Part shown: one piece after another, positions 12,601 to 25,533 of the stretch
Layout of the letters: each line of letters starts with the position of its first letter
Position numbering within the stretch: the first letter of the stretch is position 1
Source: the human T2T-CHM13v2.0 reference genome, Homo sapiens
Assembly (NCBI RefSeq): GCF_009914755.1
Contig: NC_060947.1
DNA length: 64,000 nt
Reading direction: 5' to 3' (one strand)
The notes under the pieces: generated by a model
The model's input: only the letters and a program-made list of their open reading frames with translations
What the model was told of the DNA's origin: nothing
The model's database searches: none
Made by a program: the position numbers and the translations under genes

Positions 12601-15600
12601 TTAGTTTTTACGTGAACATATACCCGTTTCGAACGAACGCCACCCAGTGGTCCAAATATCCACTTGCAGATTCTACAGAAAGAGTGTTTCGAACCTGAAC
12701 TCTCAAAGGCAGGTTCATCTCTGCGAGTTAAATGCATTCATCATGAAGAACTTTCTCAGAGTGTTTGTGTTTAGTTATGGGAAATTATTCCCTTTTCCAA
12801 CGAAATCCTCAGAGAGCTACAAATATCCACCTGCAGATTCTACCAAAAGTGTATTTGGAAACTGCTCCATCAAAAGGCATGTTCAGCTCTGTGAGTGAAA
12901 CTCCATCATCACAAAGAATATTCTGAGAATGCTTCCGTTTGCCTTTTATATGAAGTTCCTTCCTATACGACCGTAGGCCTCAAAGCAGTCCAAATCTCCA
13001 TTTGCAGATTCTACAAAAAGAGTGATTCCAATCTGCTCTATCAATAGGATTGTTCAACTCCATGAGTTGAATGCCATCCTCACAAAGTAGTTTCTGAGAA
13101 TGCTTCTATCTAGTTTTTATGTGAAGATATTTCCTTTTCCACCACAGGCCTCAAAGCCCTCCAAACGTCCACTTGCAGATTCTCGAAAAAGAGTGTTTCA
13201 TAGCTGCTCTTTCAAAAGGAAAGTTCAACTCTGGGAGTTGAATACAAACATCACAAAGTAGTTTCCGAGAATGCTTCTGTTTAGTTCTTATGTGAAGATG
13301 ATCCCGTTTCCAGTGAAATCTTCAAAGAGGTCCACATATCCCCTTGCAGATTCCAAAGAAAGAGGGTTTCAAAACTGCTCCATCAGAAGGATTGTTCAAC
13401 TCTGTGAGTTGAATGCAGTCATCGCAGAAAACTTTCTGAGAATGCTTCTGTCTAGGTTTGATGTGAAGATATAGACGTTTCAAACGAAGGCTACAAAGTG
13501 GTCAAAATATACACTTGCAGATTCTACTACAAGGGTGTTGCAAACCTGAACTATCAAAGGAAGGTTCAACTCTGTGAGTTGAATACAAACATCACAAAGA
13601 ATGTTCTGAGTTTGCTTCCGTTCAGTTATGGGAAGTTGATCCCGTTTCCAACGAAATCCTCAGAGAGGTCCAAATATCCCCTCGCAGATTCTACAAAACG
13701 TGTGTTTGGAAACTGCTCCATCATAACGAATGTTCAGCTCCCTGAGTTAAACTCCATCGTCACAAAGAATTTTCTGAGAGTGCTACCGTCTGGTTTTTAT
13801 ATGAAGTTCTTTCCTTCACTACCACAGGCCTCAAAGCGGTCCAAATCTCCACTTGCAGATTCTACAAAAAGAGTGTTTGCAAACTGCTCTATCAAAAGGA
13901 ATGTTCAACTCTGGGAGTTGAATGCAATCATCACAGAGCAGTTTCTGAGAATGCTTCTATGTCGTTTTTAGGAGAAGATATTTCCTTTTCCAACACAGTC
14001 CTCCAAGCCCGCTAAATAGCCACTTGCACATTGTAGAAAAAGTGTGTCAAAGCTGCGCTATCAAAGGGAAAGTTCAACTCTGTGAGGTGAATGCAAACAT
14101 CCCAAAGAAGTTTCTGAGAATGCTTCCGTTTAGCTTTTAGGTGAAGATTATCCCGTTTCCAACGAAACCTTCAAAGAGGTCCAAATATCCCCTTGCGGAT
14201 CCCACAGAAAGAGTGTTTCGAAACTGCTGTTTCAAAAGGAATCTTCAACTCTGTGAGTTGAATGCAATCATCACAAAGAAGTTTCTGACAATGCTTCTCT
14301 CTCGTCTTTCTGTGAAGATAAAGGAAAAGGCTTTCAGGCCTTTGCCACCACAGGCCTGAAAGCGCTCCAAATGTCCACTTGCAGATTCTGCCAAAAGAAT
14401 ATTTCAAAACTGCTCTATGAAAAGCAATGTTAAACTCTGCGGCTCGAACACAAACATCACAAAGCAGTTTCTGAGAATGCTTCAGTTTAGTTTCTGTGGA
14501 AATATTCCCGTTTCCAAAGAAATCTTCAAAGAGGTCCACGTATCCACTTACAGATTCTACAAAAAGACAGTTTCAAAACTGCTCCATCAAAAGGAGGGTT
14601 CAACTGTGTGACTTGAATGCAATCATCACTCAGAAGTTTCTGAGAATGCTTCTCTTTAGTTTTTACGTGAACATATACCCGTTTCGAACGAAGGCCAACC
14701 AGTGGTCCAAATATCCACTTGCAGATTCTACAGAAAGAGTGTTTCGAACCTGAACTCTCAAAGGCAGGTTCATCTCTGCGAGTTAAATGCATTCATCATG
14801 AAGAACTTTCTCAGCGTGTTTGTGTTTAGTTATGGGAAATTATTCCCGTTTCCAACGAAATCCTCAGAGAGCTCCAAATATCCACCTGCAGATTCTACCA
14901 AAAGTGTATTTGGAAACTGCTCCATCAAAAGGCATGTTCAGCTCTGTGAGTGAAACTCCATCATCACAAAGAATATTCTGAGAATGCTTCCGTTTGCCTT
15001 TTATATGAACTTCCTTCCTGTACCACCGTAGGCCTCAAAGCAGTCCAAATCTCCATTTGCAGATTCTACAAAAAGAGTGATTCCAATCTGCTCTATCAAT
15101 AGGATTGTTCAACTCCATGAGTTGAATGCCATCCTCACAAAGTCGTTGCTGAGAATGCTTCTATCTGGTTTTTGTGTGAAGATATTTCCTTTTCCACCAC
15201 AGGCCTCAAAGCCCTCCAAACGTCCACTTTCAGATTCTCGAAAAAGAGTGTTTCATAGCTGCTCTTTCAAAAGGAAAGTTCAACTCTGGGAGTTGAATAC
15301 AAACATCACAAAGTAGTTTCCGAGAATGCTTCTGTTTAGTTTTTATGTGAAGATGATCCCGTTTCCAGTGAAATCTTCAAAGAGGTCCACATATCCCCTT
15401 GCAGATTCCAAAGAAAGAGGGTTTCAAAACTGCTCCATCAGAAGGATTGTTCAACTCTGTGAGTTGAATGCAGTCATCGCAGAAAACTTTCTGAGAATGC
15501 TTCTGTCTAGGTTTGATGTGAAGATATAGACGTTTCAAACGAAGGCTACAAAGTGGTCAAAATATACACTTGCAGATTCTACTACAAGGGTGTTGCAAAC

Positions 15601-18600
15601 CTGAACTATCAAAGGAAGGTTCAACTCTGTGAGTTGAATACAAACATCACAAAGAATGTTCTGAGTTTGCTTCCGTTCAGTTATGGGAAGTTGATCCCGT
15701 TCCCAACGAAATCCTCAGAGAGGTCCAAATATCCCCTTGCAGATTCTACAAAACGTGTGTTTGGAAACTGCTCCATCATAACGAATGTTCAGCTCCCTGA
15801 GTTAAACTCCATCGTCACAAAGAATTTTCTGAGAGTGCTACCGTCTGGTTTTTATATGAAGTTCTTTCCTTCACTACCACAGGCCTCAAAGCGGTCCAAA
15901 TCTCCACTTGCAGATTCTACAAAAAGAGTGTTTGCAAACTGCTCTATCAAAAGGAATGTTCAACTCTGGGAGTTGAATGCAATCATCACAGAGCAGTTTC
16001 TGAGAATGCTTCTATGTCGTTTTTAGGAGAAGATATTTCCTTTTCCAACACAGTCCTCCAAGCCCGCTAAATAGCCACTTGCACATTGTAGAAAAAGTGT
16101 GTCAAAGCTGCGCTATCAAAGGGAAAGTTCAACTCTGTGAGGTGAATGCAAACATCCCAAAGAAGTTTCTGAGAATGCTTCCGTTTAGCTTTTAGGTGAA
16201 GATTATCCCGTTTCCAACGAAACCTTCAAAGAGGTCCAAATATCCCCTTGCGGATCCCACAGAAAGAGTGTTTCGAAACTGCTGTTTCAAAAGGAATCTT
16301 CAACTCTGTGAGTTGAATGCAATCATCACAAAGAAGTTTCTGACAATGCTTCTCTCTCGTCTTTCTGTGAAGATAAAGGAAAAGGCTTTCAGGCCTTTTC
16401 CACCACAGGCCTGAAAGCGCTCCAAATGTCCACTTGCAGATTCTGCGAAAAGAATATTTCAAAACTGCTCTATGAAAAGCAATGTTAAACTCTGTGGCTC
16501 GAACACAAACATCACAAAGCAGTTTCTGAGAATGCTTCAGTTTAGTTTTTCTGTGGAAATATTCCCGTTTCCAAAGAAATCTTCAAAGAGGTCCACGTAT
16601 CCACTTACAGATTCTACAAAAAGACAGTTTCAAAACTGCTCCATCAAAAGGAGGGTTCAACTGTGTGACTTGAATGCAATCATCACTCAGAAGTTTCTGA
16701 GAATGCTTCTCTTTAGTTTTTACGTGAACATATACCCGTTTCGAACGAAGGCCACCCAGTGGTCCAAATATCCACTTGCAGATTCTACAGAAAGAGTGTT
16801 TCGAACCTGAACTCTCAAAGGCAGGTTCATCTCTGCGAGTTAAATGCATTCATCATGAAGAACTTTCTCAGCGTGTTTGTGTTTAGTTATGGGAAATTAT
16901 TCCCTTTTCCAACGAAATCCTCAGAGAGCTCCAAATATCCACCTGCAGATTCTACCAAAAGTGTATTTGGAAACTGCTCCATCAAAAGGCATGTTCAGCT
17001 CTGTGAGTGAAACTCCATCATCACAAAGAATATTCTGAGAATGCTTCCGTTTGCCTTTTATATGAACTTCCTTCCTGTACCACCGTAGGCCTCAAAGCAG
17101 TCCAAATCTCCATTTGCAGATTCTACAAAAAGAGTGATTCCAATCTGCTCTATCAATAGGATTGTTCAACTCCATGAGTTGAATGCCATCCTCACAAAGT
17201 CGTTGCTGAGAATGCTTCTATCTGGTTTTTGTGTGAAGATATTTCCTTTTCCACCACAGGCCTCAAAGCCCTCCAAACGTCCACTTTCAGATTCTCGAAA
17301 AAGAGTGTTTCATAGCTGCTCTTTCAAAAGGAAAGTTCAACTCTGGGAGTTGAATACAAACATCACAAAGTAGTTTCCGAGAATGCTTCTGTTTAGTTTT
17401 TATGTGAAGATGATCCCGTTTCCAGTGAAATCTTCCAAGAGGTCCACATATCCCCTTGCAGATTCCAAAGAAAGAGGGTTTCAAAACTGCTCCATCAGAA
17501 GGATTGTTCAACTCTGTGAGTTGAATGCAGTCATCGCAGAAAACTTTCTGAGAATGCTTCTGTCTAGGTTTGATGTGAAGATATAGACGTTTCAAACGAA
17601 GGCTACAAAGTGGTCAAAATATACACTTGCAGATTCTACTACAAGGGTGTTGCAAACCTGAACTATCAAAGGAAGGTTCAACTCTGTGAGTTGAATACAA
17701 ACATCACAAAGAATGTTCTGAGTTTGCTTCCGTTCAGTTATGGGAAGTTGATCCCGTTTCCAACGAAATCCTCAGAGAGGTCCAAATATCCCCTCGCAGA
17801 TTCTACAAAACGTGTGTTTGGAAACTGCTCCATCATAACGAATGTTCAGCTCCCTGAGTTAAACTCCATCGTCACAAAGAATTTTCTGAGAGTGCTACCG
17901 TCTGGTTTTTATATGAAGTTCTTTCCTTCACTATCACAGGCCTCAAAGCGGTCCAAATCTCCACTTGCAGATTCTACAAAAAGAGTGTTTGCAAACTGCT
18001 CTATCAAAAGGAATGTTCAACTCTGGGAGTTGAATGCAATCATCACAGAGCAGTTTCTGAGAATGCTTCTATGTCGTTTTTAGGAGAAGATATTTCCTTT
18101 TCCAACACAGTCCTCCAAGCCCGCTAAATAGCCACTTGCACATTGTAGAAAAAGTGTGTCAAAGCTGCGCTATCAAAGGGAAAGTTCAACTCTGTGAGGT
18201 GAATGCAAACATCCCAAAGAAGTTTCTGAGAATGCTTCCGTTTACCTTTTAGGTGAAGATTATCCCGTTTCCAACGAAACCTTCAAAGAGGTCCAAATAT
18301 CCCCTTGCGGATCCCACAGAAAGAGTGTTTCGAAACTGCTGTTTCAAAAGGAATCTTCAACTCTGTGAGTTGAATGCAATCATCACAAAGAAGTTTCTGA
18401 CAATGCTTCTCTCTCGTCTTTCTGTGAAGATAAAGGAAAAGGCTTTCAGGCCTTTTCCACCACAGGCCTGAAAGCGCTCCAAATGTCCACTTGCAGATTC
18501 TGCCAAAAGAATATTGCAAAACTGCTCTATGAAAAGCAATGTTAAACTCTGTGGCTCGAACACAAACATCACAAAGCAGTTTCTGAGAATGCTTCAGTTT

Positions 18601-21600
18601 AGTTTTTCTGTGGAAATATTCCCGTTTCCAAAGAAATCTTCAAAGAGGTCCACGTATCCACTTACAGATTCTACAAAAAGACAGTTTCAAAACTGCTCCA
18701 TCAAAAGGAGGGTTCAACTGTGTGACTTGAATGCAATCATCACTCAGAAGTTTCTGAGAATGCTTCTCTTTAGTTTTTACGTGAACATATACCCGTTTCG
18801 AACGAAGGCCACCCAGTGGTCCAAATATCCACTTGCAGATTCTACAGAAAGAGTGTTTCGAACCTGAACTCTCAAAGGCAGGTTCATCTCTGCGAGTTAA
18901 ATGCATTCATCATGAAGAACTTTCTCAGAGTGTTTGTGTTTAGTTATGGGAAATTATTCCCGTTTCCAACGAAATCCTCAGAGAGCTCCAAATATCCACC
19001 TGCAGATTCTACCAAAAGTGTATTTGGAAACTGCTCCATCAAAAGGCATGTTCAGCTCTGTGAGTGAAACTCCATCATCACAAAGAATATTCTGAGAATG
19101 CTTCCGTTTGCCTTTTATATGAACTTCCTTCCTGTACCACCGTAGGCCTCAAAGCAGTCCAAATCTCCATTTGCAGATTCTACAAAAAGAGTGATTCCAA
19201 TCTGCTCTATCAATAGGATTGTTCAACTCCATGAGTTGAATGCCATCCTCACAAAGTCGTTGCTGAGAATGCTTCTATCTGGTTTTTGTGTGAAGATATT
19301 TCCTTTTCCACCACAGGCCTCAAAGCCCTCCAAACGTCCACTTGCAGATTCTCGAAAAGGAGTGTTTCATAGCTGCTCTTTCAAAAGGAAAGTTCAACTC
19401 TGGGAGTTGAATACAAACATCACAAAGTAGTTTCCGAGAATGCTTCTGTTTAGTTTTTATGTGAAGATGATCCCGTTTCCAGTGAAATCTTCCAAGAGGT
19501 CCACATATCCCCTTGCAGATTCCAAAGAAAGAGGGTTTCAAAACTGCTCCATCAGAAGGATTGTTCAACTCTGTGAGTTGAATGCAGTCATCGCCGAAAA
19601 CTTTCTGAGAATGCTTCTGTCTAGGTTTGATGTGAAGATATAGACGTTTCAAACGAAGGCTACAAAGTGGTCAAAATATACACTTGCAGATTCTACTACA
19701 AGGGTGTTGCAAACCTGAACTATCAAAGGAAGGTTCAACTCTGTGAGTTGAATACAAACATCACAAAGAATGTTCTGAGTTTGCTTCCGTTCAGTTATGG
19801 GAAGTTGATCCCGTTTCCAACGAAATCCTCAGAGAGGTCCAAATATCCCCTTGCAGATTCTACAAAACGTGTGTTTGGAAACTGCTCCATCATAACGAAT
19901 GTTCAGCTCCCTGAGTTAAACTCCATCGTCACAAAGAATTTTCTGAGAGTGCTACCGTCTGGTTTTTATATGAAGCTCTTTCCTTCACTACCACAGGCCT
20001 CAAAGCGGTCCAAATCTCCACTTGCAGATTCTACAAAAAGAGTGTTTGCAAACTGCTCTATCAAAAGGAATGTTCAACTCTGGGAGTTGAATGCAATCAT
20101 CACAGAGCAGTTTCTGAGAATGCTTCTATGTCGTTTTTAGGAGAAGATATTTCCTTTTCCAACACAGTCCCCCAAGCCCGCTAAATAGCCACTTGCACAT
20201 TGTAGAAAAAGTGTGTCAAAGCTGCGCTATCAAAGGGAAAGTTCAACTCTGTGAGGTGAATGCAAACATCCCAAAGAAGTTTCTGAGAATGTTTCCGTTT
20301 AGCTTTTAGGTGAAGATTATCCCGTTTCCAACGAAAGCTTCAAAGAGGTCCAAATATCCCCTTGCGGATCCCACAGAAAGAGTGTTTCGAAACTGCTGTT
20401 TCAAAAGGAATCTTCAACTCTGTGAGTTGAATGCAATCATCACAAAGAAGTTTCTGACAATGCTTCTCTCTCGTCTTTCTGTGAAGATAAAGGAAAAGGC
20501 TTTCAGGCCTTTTCCACCACAGGCCTGAAAGCGCTCCAAATGTCCACTTGCAGATTCTGCGAAAAGAATATTTCAAAACTGCTGTATGAAAAGCAATGTT
20601 AAACTCTGTGGCTCGAACACAAACATCACAAAGCAGTTTCTGAGAATGCTTCAGTTTAGTTTTTCTGTGGAAATATTCCCGTTTCCAAAGAAATCTTCAA
20701 AGAGGTCCACGTATCCACTTACAGATTCTACAAAAAGACAGTTTCAAAACTGCTCCATCAAAAGGAGGGTTCAACTGTGTGACTTGAATGCAATCATCAC
20801 TCAGAAGTTTCTGAGAATGCTTCTCTTTAGTTTTTACGTGAACATATACCCGTTTCGAACGAAGGCCACCCAGTGGTCCAAATATCCACTTGCAGATTCT
20901 ACAGAAAGAGTGTTTCGAACATGAACTCTCAAAGGCAGGTTCATCTCTGCGAGTTAAATGCATTCATCATGAAGAACTTTCTCAGAGTGTTTGTGTTTAG
21001 TTATGGGAAATTATTCCTGTTTCCAACGAAATCCTCAGAGAGCTCCAAATATCCACCTGCAGATTCTACCAAAAGTGTATTTGGAAACTGCTCCATCAAA
21101 AGGCATGTTCAGCTCTGTGAGTGAAACTCCATCATCACAAAGAATATTCTGAGAATGCTTCCGTTTGCCTTTTATATGAAGTTCCTTCCTGTACTACCGT
21201 AGGCCTCAAAGCAGTCCAAATCTCCATTTGCAGATTCTACAAAAAGAGTGATTCCAATCTGCTCTATCAATAGGATTGTTCAACTCCATGAGTTGAATGC
21301 CATCCTCACAAAGTCGTTTCTGAGAATGCTTCTATCTGGTTTTTGTGTGAAGATATTTCCTTTTCCACCACAGGCCTCAAAGCCCTCCAAACGTCCACTT
21401 GCAGATTCTCGAAAAAGAGTGTTTCATAGCTGCTCTTTCAAAAGGAAAGTTCAACTCTGGGAGTTGAATACAAACATCACAAAGTAGTTTCCGAGAATGC
21501 TTCTGTTTAGTTTTTATGTGAAGATGATCCCGTTTCCAGTGAAATCTTCAAAGAGGTCCACATATCCCCTTGCAGATTCCAAAGAAAGAGGGTTTCAAAA

Positions 21601-22625
21601 CTGCTCCATCAGAAGGATTGTTCAACTCTGTGAGTTGAATGCAGTCATCGCAGAAAACTTTCTGAGAATGCTTCTGTCTATGTTTGATGTGAAGATATAG
21701 ACGTTTCAAACGAAGGCTACAAAGTGGTCAAAATATACACTTGCAGATTCTACTACAAGGGTGTTGCAAACCTGAACTATCAAAGGAAGGTTCAACTCTG
21801 TGAGTTGAATACAAACATCACAAAGAATGTTCTGAGTTTGCTTCCGTTCAGTTATGGGAAGTTGATCCCGTTTCCAACGAAATCCTCAGAGAGGTCCAAA
21901 TATCCCCTTGCAGATTCTACAAAACGTGTGTTTGGAAACTGCTCCATCATAACGAATGTTCAGCTCCCTGAGTTAAACTCCATCGTCACAAAGAATTTTC
22001 TGAGAGTGCTACCGTCTGGTTTTTATATGAAGCTCTTTCCTTCACTACCACAGGCCTCAAAGCGGTCCAAATCTCCACTTGCAGATTCTACAAAAAGAGT
22101 GTTTGCAAACTGCTCTATCAAAAGGAATGTTCAACTCTGGGAGTTGAATGCAATCATCACAGAGCAGTTTCTGAGAATGCTTCTATGTCGTTTTTAGGAG
22201 AAGATATTTCCTTTTCCAACACAGTACCCCAAGCCCGCTAAATAGCCACTTGCACATTGTAGAAAAAGTGTGTCAAAGCTGCGCTATCAAAGGGAAAGTT
22301 CAACTCTGTGAGGTGAATGCAAACATCCCAAAGAAGTTTCTGAGAATGCTTCCGTTTAGCTTTTAGGTGAAGATTATCCCGTTTCCAACGAAACCTTCAA
22401 AGAGGTCCAAATATCCCCTTGCGGATCCCACAGAAAGAGTGTTTCGAAACTGCTGTTTCAAAAGGAATCTTCAACTCTGTGAGTTGAATGCAATCATCAC
22501 AAAGAAGTTTCTGACAATGCTTCTCTCTCGTCTTTCTGTGAAGATAAAGGAAAAGGCTTTCAGGCCTTTTCCACCACAGTCCTGAAAGCGCTCCAAATGT
22601 CCACTTGCAGATTCTGCGAAAAGAA

Positions 22626-25533
22626 TATTTCAAAACTGCTCTATGAAAAGCAATGTTAAACTCTGTGGCTCGAACACAAACATCACAAAGCGGTTTCTGA
22701 GAATGCTTCAGTTTAGTTTTTCTGTGGAAATATTCCCGTTTCCAAAGAAATCTTCAAAGAGGTCCACGTATCCACTTACAGATTCTACAAAAAGACAGTT
22801 TCAAAACTGCTCCATCAAAAGGAGGGTTCAACTGTGTGACTTGAATGCAATCATCACTCAGAAGTTTCTGAGAATGCTTCTCTTTAGTTTTTACGTGAAC
22901 ATATACCCGTTTCGAACGAAGGCCACCCAGTGGTCCAAATATCCACTTGCAGATTCTACAGAAAGAGTGTTTCGAACCTGAACTCTCAAAGGCAGGTTCA
23001 TCTCTGCGAGTTAAATGCATTCATCATGAAGAACTTTCTCAGAGTGTTTGTGTTTAGTTATGGGAAATTATTCCCGTTTCCAACGAAATCCTCAGAGAGC
23101 TCCAAATATCCACCTGCAGATTCTACCAAAAGTGTATTTGGAAACTGCTCCATCAACAGGCATGTTCAGCTCTGTGAGTGAAACTCCATCATCACAAAGA
23201 ATATTCTGAGAATGCTTCCGTTTGCCTTTTATATGAAGTTCCTTCCTATACTACCGTAGGCCTCAAAGCAGTCCAAATCTCCATTTGCAGATTCTACAAA
23301 AAGAGTGATTCCAATCTGCTCTATCAATAGGATTGTTCAACTCCATGAGTTGAATGCCATCCTCACAATGTCGTTTCTGAGAATGCTTCTATCTAGTTTT
23401 TATGTGAAGATATTTCCTTTTCCACCACAGGCCTCAAAGCCCTCCAAACGTCCACTTGCAGATTCTCGAAAAAGAGTGTTTCATAGCTGCTCTTTCAAAA
23501 GGAAAGTTCAACTCAGGGAGTTGAATACAAACATCACAAAGTAGTTTCCGAGAATGCTTCTGTTTAGTTTTTATGTGAAGATGATCCCGTTTCCAGTGAA
23601 ATCTTCAAAGAGGTCCACATATCCCCTTGCAGATTCCAAAGAAAGAGGGTTTCAAAACTGCTCCATCAGAAGGATTGTTCAACTCTGTGAGTTGAATGCA
23701 GTCATCGCAGAAAACTTTCTGAGAATGCTTCTGTCTAGGTTTGATGTTAAGATATAGACGTTTCAAACGAAGGCTACAAAGTGGTCAAAATATACACTTG
23801 CAGATTCTACTACAAGGGTGTTACAAACCTGAACTATCAAAGGAAGGTTCAACTCTGTGAGTTGAATACAAACATCACAAAGAATGTTCTGAGTTTGCTT
23901 CCGTTCAGTTATGGGAATTTGATCCCGTTTCCAACGAAATCCCCAGAGAGGTCTAAATATCCCCTTGCAGATTCTACAAAACGTGTGTTTGGAAACTGCT
24001 CCATCATAACGAATGTTCAGCTCCCTGAGTTAAACTCCATCGTCACAAAGAATTTTCTGAGAGTGCTACCGTCTGGTTTTTATATGAAGTTCTTTCCTTC
24101 ACTACCACAGGCCTCAAAGCGGTCCAAATCTCCACTTGCAGATTCTACAAAAAGAGTGATTCCAATCTGCTCTATCAATAGGATTGTTCAACTCCATGGG
24201 TTGAATGCCATCCTCACAAATTAGTTTCTGAGAATGCTTCTATCTGGTTTTTGTGTGAAGATATTTCCTTTTCCACCACAGGCCTCAAAGCCCTCCAAAC
24301 GTCCACTTGCAGATTCTCGAAAAAGAGTGTTTCATAGCTGCTCTTTCAAAAGGAAAGTTCAACTCTGGGAGTTGAATACAAACATCACAAAATAGTTTCT
24401 GAGAATGCTTCTGTTTAGTTTTTATATGAAGATGATCCCGTTTCCAGTGAAATCTTCAAAGAGGTCCACATATCCCCTTGCAGATTCCAAAGAAAGAGGG
24501 TTTCAAAACTGCTCCATCAGAAGGATTGTTCAACTCTGTGAGTTGAATGCAGTCATCGCAGAAAACTTTCTGAGAATGCTTCTGTCTAGGTTTGATGTGA
24601 AGATATAGACGTTTCAAACGAAGGCTACAAAGTGGTCAAAATATACACTTGCAGATTCTACTACAAGGGTGTTGCAAACCTGAACTATCAAAGGAAGGTT
24701 CAACTCTGTGAGTTGAATACAAACATCACAAAGAATGTTCTGAGTTTGCTTCCGTTCAGTTATGGGAAGTTGATCCCGTTTCCAACGAAATCCTCAGAGA
24801 GGTCCAAATATCCCCTCGCAGATTCTACAAAACGTGTGTTTGGAAACTGCTCCATCATAACGAATGTTCAGCTCCCTGAGTTAAACTCCATCGTCACAAA
24901 GAATTTTCTGAGAGTGCTACCGTCTGGTTTTTATATGAAGTTCTTTCCTTCACTACCACAGGCCTCAAAGCGGTCCAAATCTCCACTTGCAGATTCTACA
25001 AAAAGAGTGTTTGCAAACTGCTCTATCAAAAGGAATGTTCAACTCTGGGAGTTGAATGCAATCATCACAGAGCAGTTTCTGAGAATGCTTCTATGTCGTT
25101 TTTAGGAGAAGATATTTCCTTTTCCAACACAGTCCTCCAAGCCCGCTAAATAGCCACTTGCACATTGTAGAAAAAGTGTGTCAAAGCTGCGCTATCAAAG
25201 GGAAAGTTCAACTCTGTGAGGTGAATGCAAACATCCCAAAGAAGTTTCTGAGAATGCTTCCGTTTAGCTTTTAGGTGAAGATTATCCCGTTTCCAACGAA
25301 ACCTTCAAAGAGGTCCAAATATCCCCTTGCGGATCCCACAGAAAGAGTGTTTCGAAACTGCTGTTTCAAAAGGAATCTTCAACTCTGTGAGTTGAATGCA
25401 ATCATCACAAAGAAGTTTCTGACAATGCTTCTCTCTCGTCTTTCTGTGAAGATAAAGGAAAAGGCTTTCAGGCCTTTTCCACCACAGGCCTGAAAGCTTT
25501 CCAAATGTCCACTTGCAGATTCTGCCAAAAGAA
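22626..25533 (-). repeat. 17-mer HOR variant (2908 bp), U12
   Basis: ORF start spacing 22643 to 25551 is 2908 = 2057+851. The 851-bp segment occurs twice (23308-24158 and 24159-25009). Confidence 0.95.

Larger units (their letters stand above)
1..22625 (-). repeat. Run of 11 12-mer HORs (U1-U11; U8 is 2055 bp)
   Basis: ORF starts step by 2057 except 14417 to 16472, which steps by 2055. Confidence 0.95.
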
